Assembly: GCA_047601445.1 (NCBI GenBank) | Contig: JASGJH010000001.1 | Location: forward strand, 8,512,001 to 8,576,000 | Reading direction: 5' to 3' | From: Myxococcales bacterium | GTDB taxonomy: Bacteria; Myxococcota_A; Polyangia; Polyangiales; DASUME01 | DNA length: 64,000 bases | In this document: positions 9,300-19,082 of the stretch, piece after piece | Numbering within the stretch: position 1 is the stretch's first letter | Layout: every line of letters starts with the position of its first letter | Program-made: the position numbers and the translations under genes | Notes under the pieces: generated by a model | What the model saw: only the letters and a program-made list of their open reading frames with translations | Told to the model about the DNA's origin: nothing | The model's database searches: none

Positions 9300-9578
9300 A
9301 TGAACCTGGGAGCAGTCGCGCTTCTCTCAGAACTGATTCGCGCCAGCGTGCGCGAAGAACTCGAGTCAGCTCGCATCGCGTTTGCTCCGCCGCCGGCGGC
9401 TGCCTTGTCTTCGCACGTCGATGTCAAAGAGGCCCGCGTACTCCTGCGCTGCAGCGACAAGACCGTGCGCCGCATGGTGGATCGCGGTCTGCTCAAGAAG
9501 GCCAAGTTGGGGCTCGGGGAGGGCTCAAAGCTGCTGATTTCTCGCGAATCAATCGATCAAGTTCTGGGGGGTGTGTGA
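9300..9578 (+). CDS. excisionase/AlpA-type helix-turn-helix protein
   Basis: VDVKEARVLLRCSDKTVRRMVDRGLL...LISRESID, a MerR-like/HTH_17 pattern; overlaps the primase start; longer start at 9180 possible. Confidence 0.8.
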   Translation: MNLGAVALLSELIRASVREELESARIAFAPPPAAALSSHVDVKEARVLLRCSDKTVRRMVDRGLLKKAKLGLGEGSKLLISRESIDQVLGGV

Positions 9579-11938
9579 TGGGTACGAGTGAAGTTCTCTA
9601 CAGCGAGTCGTCCTTGGCCGAGGCGGCGAAATGGTACGCCCACCAGCAGCTCTTCGTGTTGCCGTGCGCGCCGAAGCAGAAGGTTCCGGCGATCAAAGGC
9701 GGGCGTGGTAGTCGCGATGCGAGCAATGATCCGGCCTTCCTCGAATCCATCTGGAATGAGAATCCAGCGTTCAACATCGGCATCGCCACGGGGAGCCGCT
9801 CCCAGGTGGACGTGCTCGATGTGGACGGCGAGTCTGGCGAAGCAGCGCTTGCCGCTCTCGAAGCGGAGCACGGGCCTCTGCCGGTAACCCCGACTGTCCG
9901 CACAGGGAAGGGGCGCCACTTCTACTTCAAGGCCGTGGACGGCTTGCGGAATAGCCAACGGAAGCTCGGGCCTGGTCTCGACATCCGTTCTGAGGGCGGG
10001 CACGTGGTCGCTCCCCCGAGCATTCATCCCAGCGGGGCGCGCTACGAGTGGGTTGAAGGGCGTCGACCTGATCAGGTGCGCCCGGCTCCTATGCCGCAGT
10101 GGATCATCGATCTCCTGCGCTCGACGAGTATTTTGCAAGTGTCGTCCTTAAGTGTCGCGGCGAGCACGACCACCCCGTACGCGCATAAGGCGCTGGAAGA
10201 TGAATGCAGCGCAGTAGCCAACACTCCCAAGGGGAATCGGAATGGGCGCCTTAACCAGGCAGCGTTCGCACTCGGGCAGCTGATTGGTGCGGGCGCTCTC
10301 GACGAAAACGAGGCGCGCGCCGAACTGACCGTTGCCGCCTCCGCATGCGGACTCCCCGCAGGCGAGGCACGCCGCACGATCGACAGCGGCCTTGAAAGCG
10401 GAAAAACGCAACCGCGCATCATCCCGGACGCGAGCGCGCGCGTGTCGGAGAATCGCTTTCATGTCTCGTCCGAGTGGAGCGAGGCCGCTGAACTTCCGGG
10501 GCTGCTGCCCGTGCCGAAGTGGGACGAGCGTCTGCTGCCCGAGGTGCTGCGCCCGTGGCTGTGTGACGTTGTCGAGCGCACTCAGTGTCCCCCGGAGTAC
10601 CCAGCAGTCGGAGCAATGGTTGCTCTTTCTTCGACCGTAGGACGCGGGTGTGCGATCAGGCCCAAGTGCCAGGACGATTGGACTGTCGTGCCGAACCTTT
10701 GGGGCGCGTTGGTAGGGCCTCCGAGTGCGATGAAAACGCCGGCGCTTCGGGAGGCGCTGCGCCCGTTGAATGCGCTGGCCGCCGCGTCTTCGGAGGCTTA
10801 TGCGGAACATGCTTTCGACCGCGAGCAGATCGCCTCGCAGCGAGCTGCTCTGAAGGCGCAGATGGACAAACTTGCAAAGGCCGGCCATGACTTGGCAGAG
10901 CTGCGGCCGGAATACGAGATGCTGAATCAGCGTGAAGCCCAGCTGAAGGGCGAACGCCGCTACATCGTTCACGATGCGACGATCGAAAAGCTGGGGGAGT
11001 TGCTGCAGGCCTGCCCGCGTGGCGTCCTGCAGTTCCGCGACGAGCTTGCCGGCTGGTTCGCCTCCTTGGATCGTCCGGGGCACGAGAGCGATCGAGCGTT
11101 CTTTCTTGAAGCGTGGAACGGCAATGATGGCTTCACCTATGACCGCGTGGGTAGGGGAACGGTGCGCATCGAGGCCGCCTGTGTGTCCGTCTTGGGGGGT
11201 ATCCAGCCGGGGCCGCTTGGCCGGCATCTTCGCGCGGCGGAGTCCGGCGGTGTTGGGGCTGATGGCCTAATGCAGCGCTTCCAGCTCCTCGTCTATCCGG
11301 ATCAGTCGCGCGATTGGCGGAACGTGGACCGCTGGCCAAACTCGGTGGCCCGCGATCGAGCGCATGCCCTGTACAAGCGCCTTGCCCACGCCACTGCCCA
11401 GGAAATGGGCGCAGATCAGGACGCGGACATCCCGTTCGTGCGGTTCGACGATGAAGGCCAAGAGTTCTTCGATCATTGGCGGTACACGCTTGAGAAGCGC
11501 CTTCGCGCCGGCGAGGAGTCGGATGCAATGGAGGGGCACCTCGCCAAGTATCGTTCGCTGCATCCCAGTCTCGCGCTGCTTTTCCAACTTGCTGACCACG
11601 GGCGTGGCCCAGTGGGGCTCGTGGCCGCTCAGCGCGCGGCGTCGTGGTGCGCACTTCTTGAGGCGCATGCTCGCCGCGTGTACGGATCGACGTCGGCGGG
11701 GCCCGTCGCTGCGGCGCGCGTCATCCTCACGAAGCTTCGCGCGCGCAAGCTGCCAAACCCTTTCACGAAGCGCGACATCTGTCGTCCCGAATGGGCCGGG
11801 CTGAGCGACTCAGCCGTCGTCGAGGCCGGCCTACACGTACTCGAGCAACACGGCTGGTTGCGCACGTTGTCCGTGCCCACGGGAGGTAGGCCGCGGGAGG
11901 AGATTCACATTCACCCCTCGCTGCTCGGGGGCCGCTGA
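9575..11938 (+). CDS. bifunctional primase-polymerase (Prim-Pol) fused to a DUF3987 (YfjI-like) P-loop helicase domain
   Basis: NIGIATG, VLDVDG, RTGKGRHFYF, VVAPPSIHPSG (Prim-Pol); RNGRLNQAAF (PriCT-like); VGPPSAMKT, QFRDELAGW, GGIQP, DGLMQRF (DUF3987). Confidence 0.9.
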   Translation: MMGTSEVLYSESSLAEAAKWYAHQQLFVLPCAPKQKVPAIKGGRGSRDASNDPAFLESIWNENPAFNIGIATGSRSQVDVLDVDGESGEAALAALEAEHGPLPVTPTVRTGKGRHFYFKAVDGLRNSQRKLGPGLDIRSEGGHVVAPPSIHPSGARYEWVEGRRPDQVRPAPMPQWIIDLLRSTSILQVSSLSVAASTTTPYAHKALEDECSAVANTPKGNRNGRLNQAAFALGQLIGAGALDENEARAELTVAASACGLPAGEARRTIDSGLESGKTQPRIIPDASARVSENRFHVSSEWSEAAELPGLLPVPKWDERLLPEVLRPWLCDVVERTQCPPEYPAVGAMVALSSTVGRGCAIRPKCQDDWTVVPNLWGALVGPPSAMKTPALREALRPLNALAAASSEAYAEHAFDREQIASQRAALKAQMDKLAKAGHDLAELRPEYEMLNQREAQLKGERRYIVHDATIEKLGELLQACPRGVLQFRDELAGWFASLDRPGHESDRAFFLEAWNGNDGFTYDRVGRGTVRIEAACVSVLGGIQPGPLGRHLRAAESGGVGADGLMQRFQLLVYPDQSRDWRNVDRWPNSVARDRAHALYKRLAHATAQEMGADQDADIPFVRFDDEGQEFFDHWRYTLEKRLRAGEESDAMEGHLAKYRSLHPSLALLFQLADHGRGPVGLVAAQRAASWCALLEAHARRVYGSTSAGPVAAARVILTKLRARKLPNPFTKRDICRPEWAGLSDSAVVEAGLHVLEQHGWLRTLSVPTGGRPREEIHIHPSLLGGR

Positions 11939-12483
11939 TGTCTGCCTACCTGGAAGAGGGCTTCCTCTCGACACTCGATCAAGGCGCACGGCCCAAGCGC
12001 GCTGGGGGGCCACTGTCAGAACTGCCAAAAGTCCACACGCTCGGGCTCACGGAGCGCGAGTCACCTTCTGTCAGTTTTGGCAGTGCCCCTCGTGCCCTCG
12101 TGCAGGAGCCAGCTGTCCGGGAGGTGCTTGGCTTTCCGGCGAGGTGGCTTGCTGGCCTGCCCATTCCCGCTGTCCTCGTACTTGTGCATCGGGAAGACTC
12201 CAACGACGTATTCGTGGACTTCCGCGATGAACCTAGGGAGCTGTCCTTCGACGCCGAGGAGTGGAGCGCCATGGTTAGCGCGGCTGAGTACGGTCGCGCG
12301 AGTCCGCGGGACGCGGACCGCTGGCTGGATCGCAAGCGAGTGCACTCGTGGTTCCGGGTTACGGAACTCGAGGCGCTAGGGGGGCGGATTCGAGGCGAAC
12401 GCTTGCGGCTTACCGTTGGCGCAGTGCTGCTCGAGTATGGGCTTCACCTTCGCGAGGTCATCGCCGACAGCGCGTTTCGGTAA
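11938..12483 (+). CDS. hypothetical protein coupled to the primase; contains a candidate origin repeat
   Basis: TGATG overlap with the primase stop. Confidence 0.6.
   Translation: MSAYLEEGFLSTLDQGARPKRAGGPLSELPKVHTLGLTERESPSVSFGSAPRALVQEPAVREVLGFPARWLAGLPIPAVLVLVHREDSNDVFVDFRDEPRELSFDAEEWSAMVSAAEYGRASPRDADRWLDRKRVHSWFRVTELEALGGRIRGERLRLTVGAVLLEYGLHLREVIADSAFR
12011..12085. repeat. inverted pair of 9-mer doublets, candidate replication origin
   Basis: CACTGTCAGAACTGCCAAAA (12011-12030) vs the reverse complement of 12066-12085, CACTGCCAAAACTGACAGAA: 16/20 match; unit ACTGHCARA x4. Confidence 0.5.
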
Positions 12484-12730
12484 CGCGAGGCCGTCCCGTT
12501 AGTCGGAGCCGTCTGGCTGGCGGGGCTGCGAGACGCGGGCCGAACGCTTTTCGGGCGATATCCGGCTGCTCGGTGCCCACCCCCCGGCGGAAAGGTACTT
12601 CTCGGGCGGGGCGTGGTTTGCGGGTGAAATGCGCCCGTCGGTGTGAAGGTCAGCAACGGATTAAGAAAATAGAAACCGGACTCAAGGCAACCGCCAAAGT
12701 TGCCTCTGTTCGTCGATAAGGCAGGGGCGA

Positions 12731-14091
12731 TCACTTGTCCTGAGGGCCATTTTTTCCGAAGAACACGTGAATGTCGTGCTGCGGGTGAGCCAGACGATTG
12801 CTCGCTCCCCTTCTCACAAGAACTCTGTTGTCTGCATCGAAGTAGGGAGGCTCGGTTCCCGGGGCTACCTTGATCACGACGAGATGAGTGCCTTTGTACA
12901 GGATCGGAGTTGTGCTGAAGTCTGGAGCTTTCGCCGATAGACGAAGTCTGATGGCGTCACGAATCGCGGCGCAGTAGATCGTCAGGCCCCATTCTCCGCG
13001 TCAATGGACTTCTCTTTAGCCCACTTGCGAAACCATCCCTCGGACACGATGTCCCGGCATTGAATGTAGTCGCTTACGCCCAGGAGGATTGTTCCGCCGT
13101 CCGTGTTCGCGAACGCCACCACGGCTTCCACGATCTCCCGAAGCTTTTCGGAGTGGCCCGGCGCAACCGCGGGCTTGAACTCGACCATTCGATTCTCGCC
13201 CGACTCGAGGCACTGTTCTACGAGTTGTTGAAGTTCCGGAATCACCGCTCGCTTGATCGTCACGACCCGATTCGAGTCTCGGCCTTTAGCTGCATACCAA
13301 TGATCCACGGTGGTGCCTGCCTCGTCGACCAGCGCGATCTCATGATTCCGACCCTCCAAAGGGATCCGCGTCCACGGGATTGCCGGCTCGCTGAACGCCC
13401 GCCACTGGTCTCCAACGTAGGAGCCGCCCTTCACCCTCCAACCCTGGCCTTCCTCGGCGCTGATAATGGTTTCGATCTCGGCCGAACGCCGGCCCCACTG
13501 GATTGCACCAATCTGCCCGCGAAGGTCGGGAATGAAGAGAACGAAGCCGCCGGTTCTGGAATCGTTTGCTCCGCCGTAGGATGGGAACCGGCACCACGAC
13601 TTTGCGGCCACATAGATGTTTGGAAAATAGTCGTGCATCTCGCCGCGGCCCGTGACGTGCTCGTGGACGTTGGGAATGTCATGAGCTGCGCGTCCCTCGC
13701 ACCAGATCGCGACTCCCGGCCAACGAGAGAGGCCATTTTCTGAAGGGCACCGGAGCGTCGTGAACGTTGGATCGGGCTTCGGCTCGAATCCCGCGACTGG
13801 AAAACTCGTCAGGCCGCGCGCAATGGCTGCCTCGAGCACGTCCACATCCATCTCTGACTCCTCAAGGACGAGGCCGTTCTGGTACTCGAGTCGGCCACGG
13901 AGGACGGTTTGCTCATCCACGGACTGTCCGATAACTGTGGTCAGAACATTCCGTGCGATTCCTTGAAGGTTCACGTAGGCGGCTTTGACGATGAACCGAG
14001 CGATGCGTCCTCGATTTGTCTTGAGTGCGGAGCTCGCGATCTGGCGGGTGTCCTCCGGTGACTGGTTGCTCCGCAGATAAATGCCGTCCAT
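12731..14091 (-). CDS. Schlafen/AlbA_2 domain protein with unknown N-terminal region (frameshift near 12985-13015)
   Basis: GENRMVEFK...VAFANTDGGTILLGVSD; the domain continues in another frame (HLVVIKVAPGTEPPYF...VLVRRGASNR) to a stop at 12731. Confidence 0.85.
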
Positions 14092-14343
14092 GTGAAAACG
14101 TTAGGCGATCTCAGCCGGGTTTCAAAGCCATGCAAGGGAAGCCATCGCGGGGCGCCAACTAGCCACGGCGTCCTGTCGTAGAGCCGGCGCGGCAAGGTGA
14201 CAGGACTGCGAAGCGTCCGTTGGCATCAGGAGCTCGGAGGCGCGAGCTACGGAGTTGCAGGCCCATACGTGATCGATGTGGGCGCTTGTAGGGGCAGGCG
14301 GTTCGACGCGGCAAAGCGCAGGCGAGGGCGTAGAATCCCGTGC

Positions 14344-15752
14344 ATGGATTCAGGTCTAGCCCAGCGCCGAATGGCACTCTTGAAATCATTCATCGCGGAA
14401 GCCGAGAGATACTCAAGATATGGGCACGCCTCTTCGGGTGGCACCATCGACGATTTGGCGTCCATGGCGAACGAAAGCGCTGCCGCTAGGTCTGCGCTCA
14501 ATCGCATGGTGGTGGCCACAAAGGAGGCTACACAAGCTGCAGGCCTATCGTGCCTGATCACCGTCAGGCCGCCACGGGGGCGTTCGGGGCTAATCCATGA
14601 TGATGTGGACGTCTTCGAGCAACTGTTCACTGGCCCGTATGACGTGGATCTGGTCTCAACCGCTGCCGAACTCGCAGAGAAGGCGCTCGGCGTATATCAG
14701 CATCACGCGGAAGGTTTGCTTCAACTTGGAGCCGAGCAAGTCGAGACTGAGCAAGGGCATCGCAAGTACACGATTTTCATCAGCAGCACCTACGAGGACT
14801 TGAAGGAGCAGCGCGATCTTGTAGCGAAGGCCATTCTTGAGATGGGTCACATTCCGGTAGGAATGGAGATGTTCAGCGCTGCAGACGAAGAGCAATGGAA
14901 AATCATCCAGCGTGCGATCGACGATAGCGACTATTACGTAGTTGTCCTCGCGCATCGCTATGGTTCGCTCACCGGCGAGATTAGCTACACGGAGAAGGAG
15001 TACGACTACGCGGCGGAGCGAGGCATCCCGTGCTTAGGGTTTATTCTCCGGGATGACGCGCCGTGGCCGCACAATCATCGCGATCCCGAGTCAGCAAAGG
15101 TGGAGGCGCTCAAATCGTTCAAAAAGAAGGTTGAGCGAAAACCCGTGGGGTACTGGAAGAGCCAGGACGAGCTTCATGGCAAGGTGGCTGTCGCGCTAAT
15201 GAAAGCGTTCAACGCCCAACGTCGTCCAGGTTGGTGCGGGGACCCGGGACAACCGACCCGAACATGGTTGCGGAGTTCGCCAGGTTGAGTAGGGAGAACG
15301 AGGCGCTTCGCAAGGAACTTGAAGTGGCGCGCGCAGAACAGGAGACAGATCGAAAGCATGCGCGTCTTTGTGAAATCCTTGCCAGCAACAGAGTTGCGTT
15401 TCTGGTAGGTTGGGACGATATTCCCGAGCGGCAGGTTCAGGCAACTCTCCTGGATGTCTTTGGTTGGTTGGCTCCGAACCTCGTTGATCCGATGACGACT
15501 GAGTGGGCGTCTCGGATTGTCGCCTCCTCCGCCTTACGCGAATCAGCCCATCGAGAGATCCGCGCCACAGGAGACTCGCACACCATTTTCGTGCAGGCGT
15601 TTACCGACTTCATGGCGTACGGACTAGTGAGTGCGAAGCCAAATGGCGTCGGGAATACCAAGTGGACAATCACTGCGAGCGGACTCGACTTCCAATCGTT
15701 CCTGCGCCGGAGGCGAATGGAGTCCCAGGTTCGTGAGGGATTGCCTGTGTAG
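14344..15752 (+). CDS. DUF4062 (TIR-like) domain protein (frameshift near 15235)
   Basis: IFISSTYEDLKEQR...GHIPVGMEMF...DYYVVVLAHRYGS...SYTEKEYDYA; adding one G gives RPGWVRG, then a coiled coil and the C-terminal ORF 15231-15752. Confidence 0.85.
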
Positions 15753-15826
15753 AGCAGAAACTTGCTCCGTTTGTGTTGAGATCTCATGGGCCGTTAGTTG
15801 GCCCCCGGGTGGCCGGTGCGGGGATG

Positions 15827-16756
15827 CTAACCCCGAATCGGCAGCAGGCTCCCACCGACCTCAACACCGTCATACCCGAATGATTGGAGCAGTCCATGCA
15901 GAGCGTGGCCGGCGACGTCCCGATTCGCGGTTGGACCGTGAAGGACGCCAGAGATCGGGAGCGTTGCACGCGGGGTCCCGCTCGGTAGCGGGCGGCCGTA
16001 TTCGATGTACGGCGTCAAGCCGTACCTTCCAACCCTATACTTCGCGCCATTCCAGGGCCCGCTCTCTCCGCAAACCAACCGCCACTCTTGCTCGGCCTTA
16101 AAGGCGGGATGCTTGAAAGCGAGGAGTAGTCGCAGAAGAGGTTGATGAATGTATACGCGCAGCGCCTTATCCGATTTGTCGACATCGCCATCATCGGGGA
16201 AGTGGGTCTCCGCATACTTGACGACGATCCCTAGTAGTTCATCAAGCAGTGCCCGTTGCTCATCTTCCTCGTATACGACCCGGATTAGAGAGAAGTGGTG
16301 ACGTGGCCGTGCTTCCTCTTGCCCTTGGAGAAGTTCTCCGGTGTTGAAGCGAAGGGAGTAGCCATCGTTGGGCGCATACACTCGCCACTGATTGAGCAGA
16401 TTTCCGTCCTCACAAAAACACGCCACGTAGAATGCAAACTGGGTCGTCACCCATTGTCCCTTGAATGGCTCCAACAGTCGGCGCGCGGCTGCGTTGTGAG
16501 TTCCTTTCAAGCAATCATCGATTGCCTGGTCGAGGACAAGGAGCGGATAAAGCGATTCGGACGAGTCGTTGAGGTACAGTGAGTTAGTTGCCCAGAGGCA
16601 ACCGTGCTCGAGTATCCCGATAAGTCCGCGTACGTCGGTATAGTGGTAGAGGTATTTGGGGGGCGTCGAGTGCAGTTGCTCCGCTTTCGCCCTTTGGAGC
16701 TCGCTCGGAAATGCCTCTATGATTTCTAGACGCTGCTGAGCGTTGCGGAAAGCCAT
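15827..16756 (-). CDS. DUF2971 domain protein
   Basis: LYHYTD...LWATNSLYLNDSSE, YVACFCEDGNLLNQWRVYA, FKHPAFKAEQEWR. Confidence 0.85.
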   Translation of the reverse strand: MAFRNAQQRLEIIEAFPSELQRAKAEQLHSTPPKYLYHYTDVRGLIGILEHGCLWATNSLYLNDSSESLYPLLVLDQAIDDCLKGTHNAAARRLLEPFKGQWVTTQFAFYVACFCEDGNLLNQWRVYAPNDGYSLRFNTGELLQGQEEARPRHHFSLIRVVYEEDEQRALLDELLGIVVKYAETHFPDDGDVDKSDKALRVYIHQPLLRLLLAFKHPAFKAEQEWRLVCGESGPWNGAKYRVGRYGLTPYIEYGRPLPSGTPRATLPISGVLHGPTANRDVAGHALHGLLQSFGYDGVEVGGSLLPIRG

Positions 16757-17041
16757 GACGAGTAGGCTCTCATGAGCCCGACAGCGGTACCAGTCCTTCC
16801 TCTTGGGGCTCGCAAAGGTTCCGTCAGCATGGGCGCGCACGCTCGCCGATCCGGTTTCGGCCGGCCACGGCGGGCTACCGCAGTTCAGCGGCCGGCGCGC
16901 CGGCACCTGCCAGGAAGCTTGACAAGGGCCCGGGAACGCCCCCCGGGCGGTACAGAGGCTTTCGAGCTCCACTATGTTGCGGTAGAATCGGGACACTCGG
17001 CCGCGCCTACTCTCCGTAGAGCGCTGTGGCGCATCGGACTT

Positions 17042-19082
17042 ATGTATCTAAGAACTCTCACACTGAAGAACTTTCGTTCCTGCGCAGAAACAACCGTCAA
17101 GCTCGATAGCGTGCTTACTGTGTTGGCAGGCGAAAACAACGCCGGTAAGAGCAATATCCTCGATGCGCTTAGGCTGGTGTCGGCGCCGTCCGATACCCGC
17201 CGAGGGCGCAGTTTTGACGTCGACGACCTGCGAATGGGCGCTGGAAGACTTCAGCTAAGCGCCGAGTTTGCCGAGCTCGACGCGGCCCAACGTGGCCTGT
17301 TTTTTACCGCATTAAAGAGCAACAACTCGGACGAGGCGCTCTATCACCTATCGTGGGAGCCACCTCTCGGCCGTTCAAGGCGTCGGTGGGCGTCGTGGAC
17401 GACGGGCGCTTCAGGCGCTCCGGAACAGGAGCCCGATGTTCGGGATCTTATTCGGCACGTCCATCTCCCCGCGCTTCGCGATGCCGATCGAGACTTGGCC
17501 TCGAGTAGCCCAGGTCGGATTCGAGTTCCTGTTGCGTCAACTGCTTGCCGGCAACGACGAAGAAAAGGAAAAGCTACTTCGAAGCGTGCGCTCAGCATCG
17601 ACGACACTGCTTAAGGAGCGCCCACTTCATGCTGCGCGAGAGCGCGTAAGCGAGGTGTTTCGTCCTCTGTCCGCAGGGTTTCACGCGCACGACGCTCATC
17701 TACGATTTGCCGACGCCTCGCTCGTAGGCCTTGCTCGCGACCTGCGGTTCTCTCTGTCGCATGAGGGGTTGGACCCCGATCGTGTTCTTCAGACGGGGCT
17801 CGGCTATTCAAACTTGTTGTATTTGGCGACTGTTCTCGTAGAGCTGGATGCCGCACGCGACGCCGAGCTGACCTTGCTACTGGTTGAGGAGCCGGAGGCA
17901 CACCTGCATCCGCAGCTGCAACGCGCGACGCTGGCCTTTCTAGAGGGAAAGGCGAAGGAGTCTGCGAACAGAAAGTCTGTGCCAGGAGAGCATGCCGGCC
18001 GCATTCAGGTTGTCGTTTCGACCCACTCACCAAATCTAACGGCCGCCACTTCGATCGAGCGGCTGGTCATAATGCGAGCAACTCGGACACGGCCTTCGGT
18101 CCCGGCACGACCTGGCGAGGTTAGGGAACTACCCCCGGTGGGCCGCGCGCCCGTGGAGGGTAACATCGCCGAGTCTATTCCTGGTGACCAAAACTCCGTC
18201 GCACCTGGCACAGGTTCCGAGGCACAGCACAGCATCTCGGCCCCGACTGAATCTTTCGCAGTGGCGATCCGAGACCTCGAGCTGCCAAAGCAGGATTTGC
18301 GCAAGATCGATCGCTATCTTGATGTTACTAAGTCGACTTTGTTGTTCGGGCGCAAAGTGCTGCTGGTGGAAGGCATCGCAGAGGCTCTGCTGATCCCGGT
18401 GCTGGCCGAGTTGGTTCTCACACCCGCGGAGATGGCGAGCTTTCGTGCAGTCTCCGTGGTCGCCATCGACGGGGTGGACTTTGAACCGTACGTGCGGCTG
18501 CTCCTGACGGCACCAAAAGGTACAGCGAACTCGATCGCGGACCGCGTGGTGGTTGTTACGGACGAGGATCCTTCCGCCTCCACGCAGGCGAGCAAATCCG
18601 CGCAGCAAACTGAGGCGGAGCCAGATGAGGGGGCCAATGCAGCGGCTGGGCCACCCGTTGCAAAGAAAACCAAAGGCGCGCGAGCAGCAGGACACACACG
18701 GAAGCAAGGGCTCGAGAAACTTGCTGCGGAGCACGGAGCGACTGAGCGTCTACACGTTGAGCTTACCCCGCTAACGTTTGAGGCCTCCTTATTATCCAGC
18801 ACCCCGACGGCCGCCGCCGCTGGCGAGTTCGTGAAACTAGCATTCGCATCTTGCGATGGAGGGGAGCAGCGTGACAAGGCGTGGGCCACGCGGATAGACG
18901 CGTTTCCGATCGAGGAGCGGGGTAAGCGATTCGTCGAGTGGCTAAAGTCAACCGGCACGCGAAAGGGAGACTTCGCCCAGGCCCTGGCGCAGGTCATCGA
19001 GCAGAAGCGAGCAACCGAAGCGAACTCGCGCTTTCCAGTTCCAGAGCACCTCGTTCGCGCTTTGCGGGTGCTGGTCGGATGA
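17042..19082 (+). CDS. gajA: Gabija GajA-like OLD-family ABC ATPase-TOPRIM nuclease (frameshift near 17520)
   Basis: MYLRTLTLKNFRS, GENNAGKSN, LLLVEEPEAHLHPQLQ, STHSP, LLVEGIAE, VTDED; removing one T at 17520-21 joins the two ORFs. Confidence 0.85.

Noticed and set aside
8330..11227. Long minus-strand ORFs (8330-9505, 10148-11227)
   Set aside because: Shadows of the + strand core genes; expected in high-GC DNA
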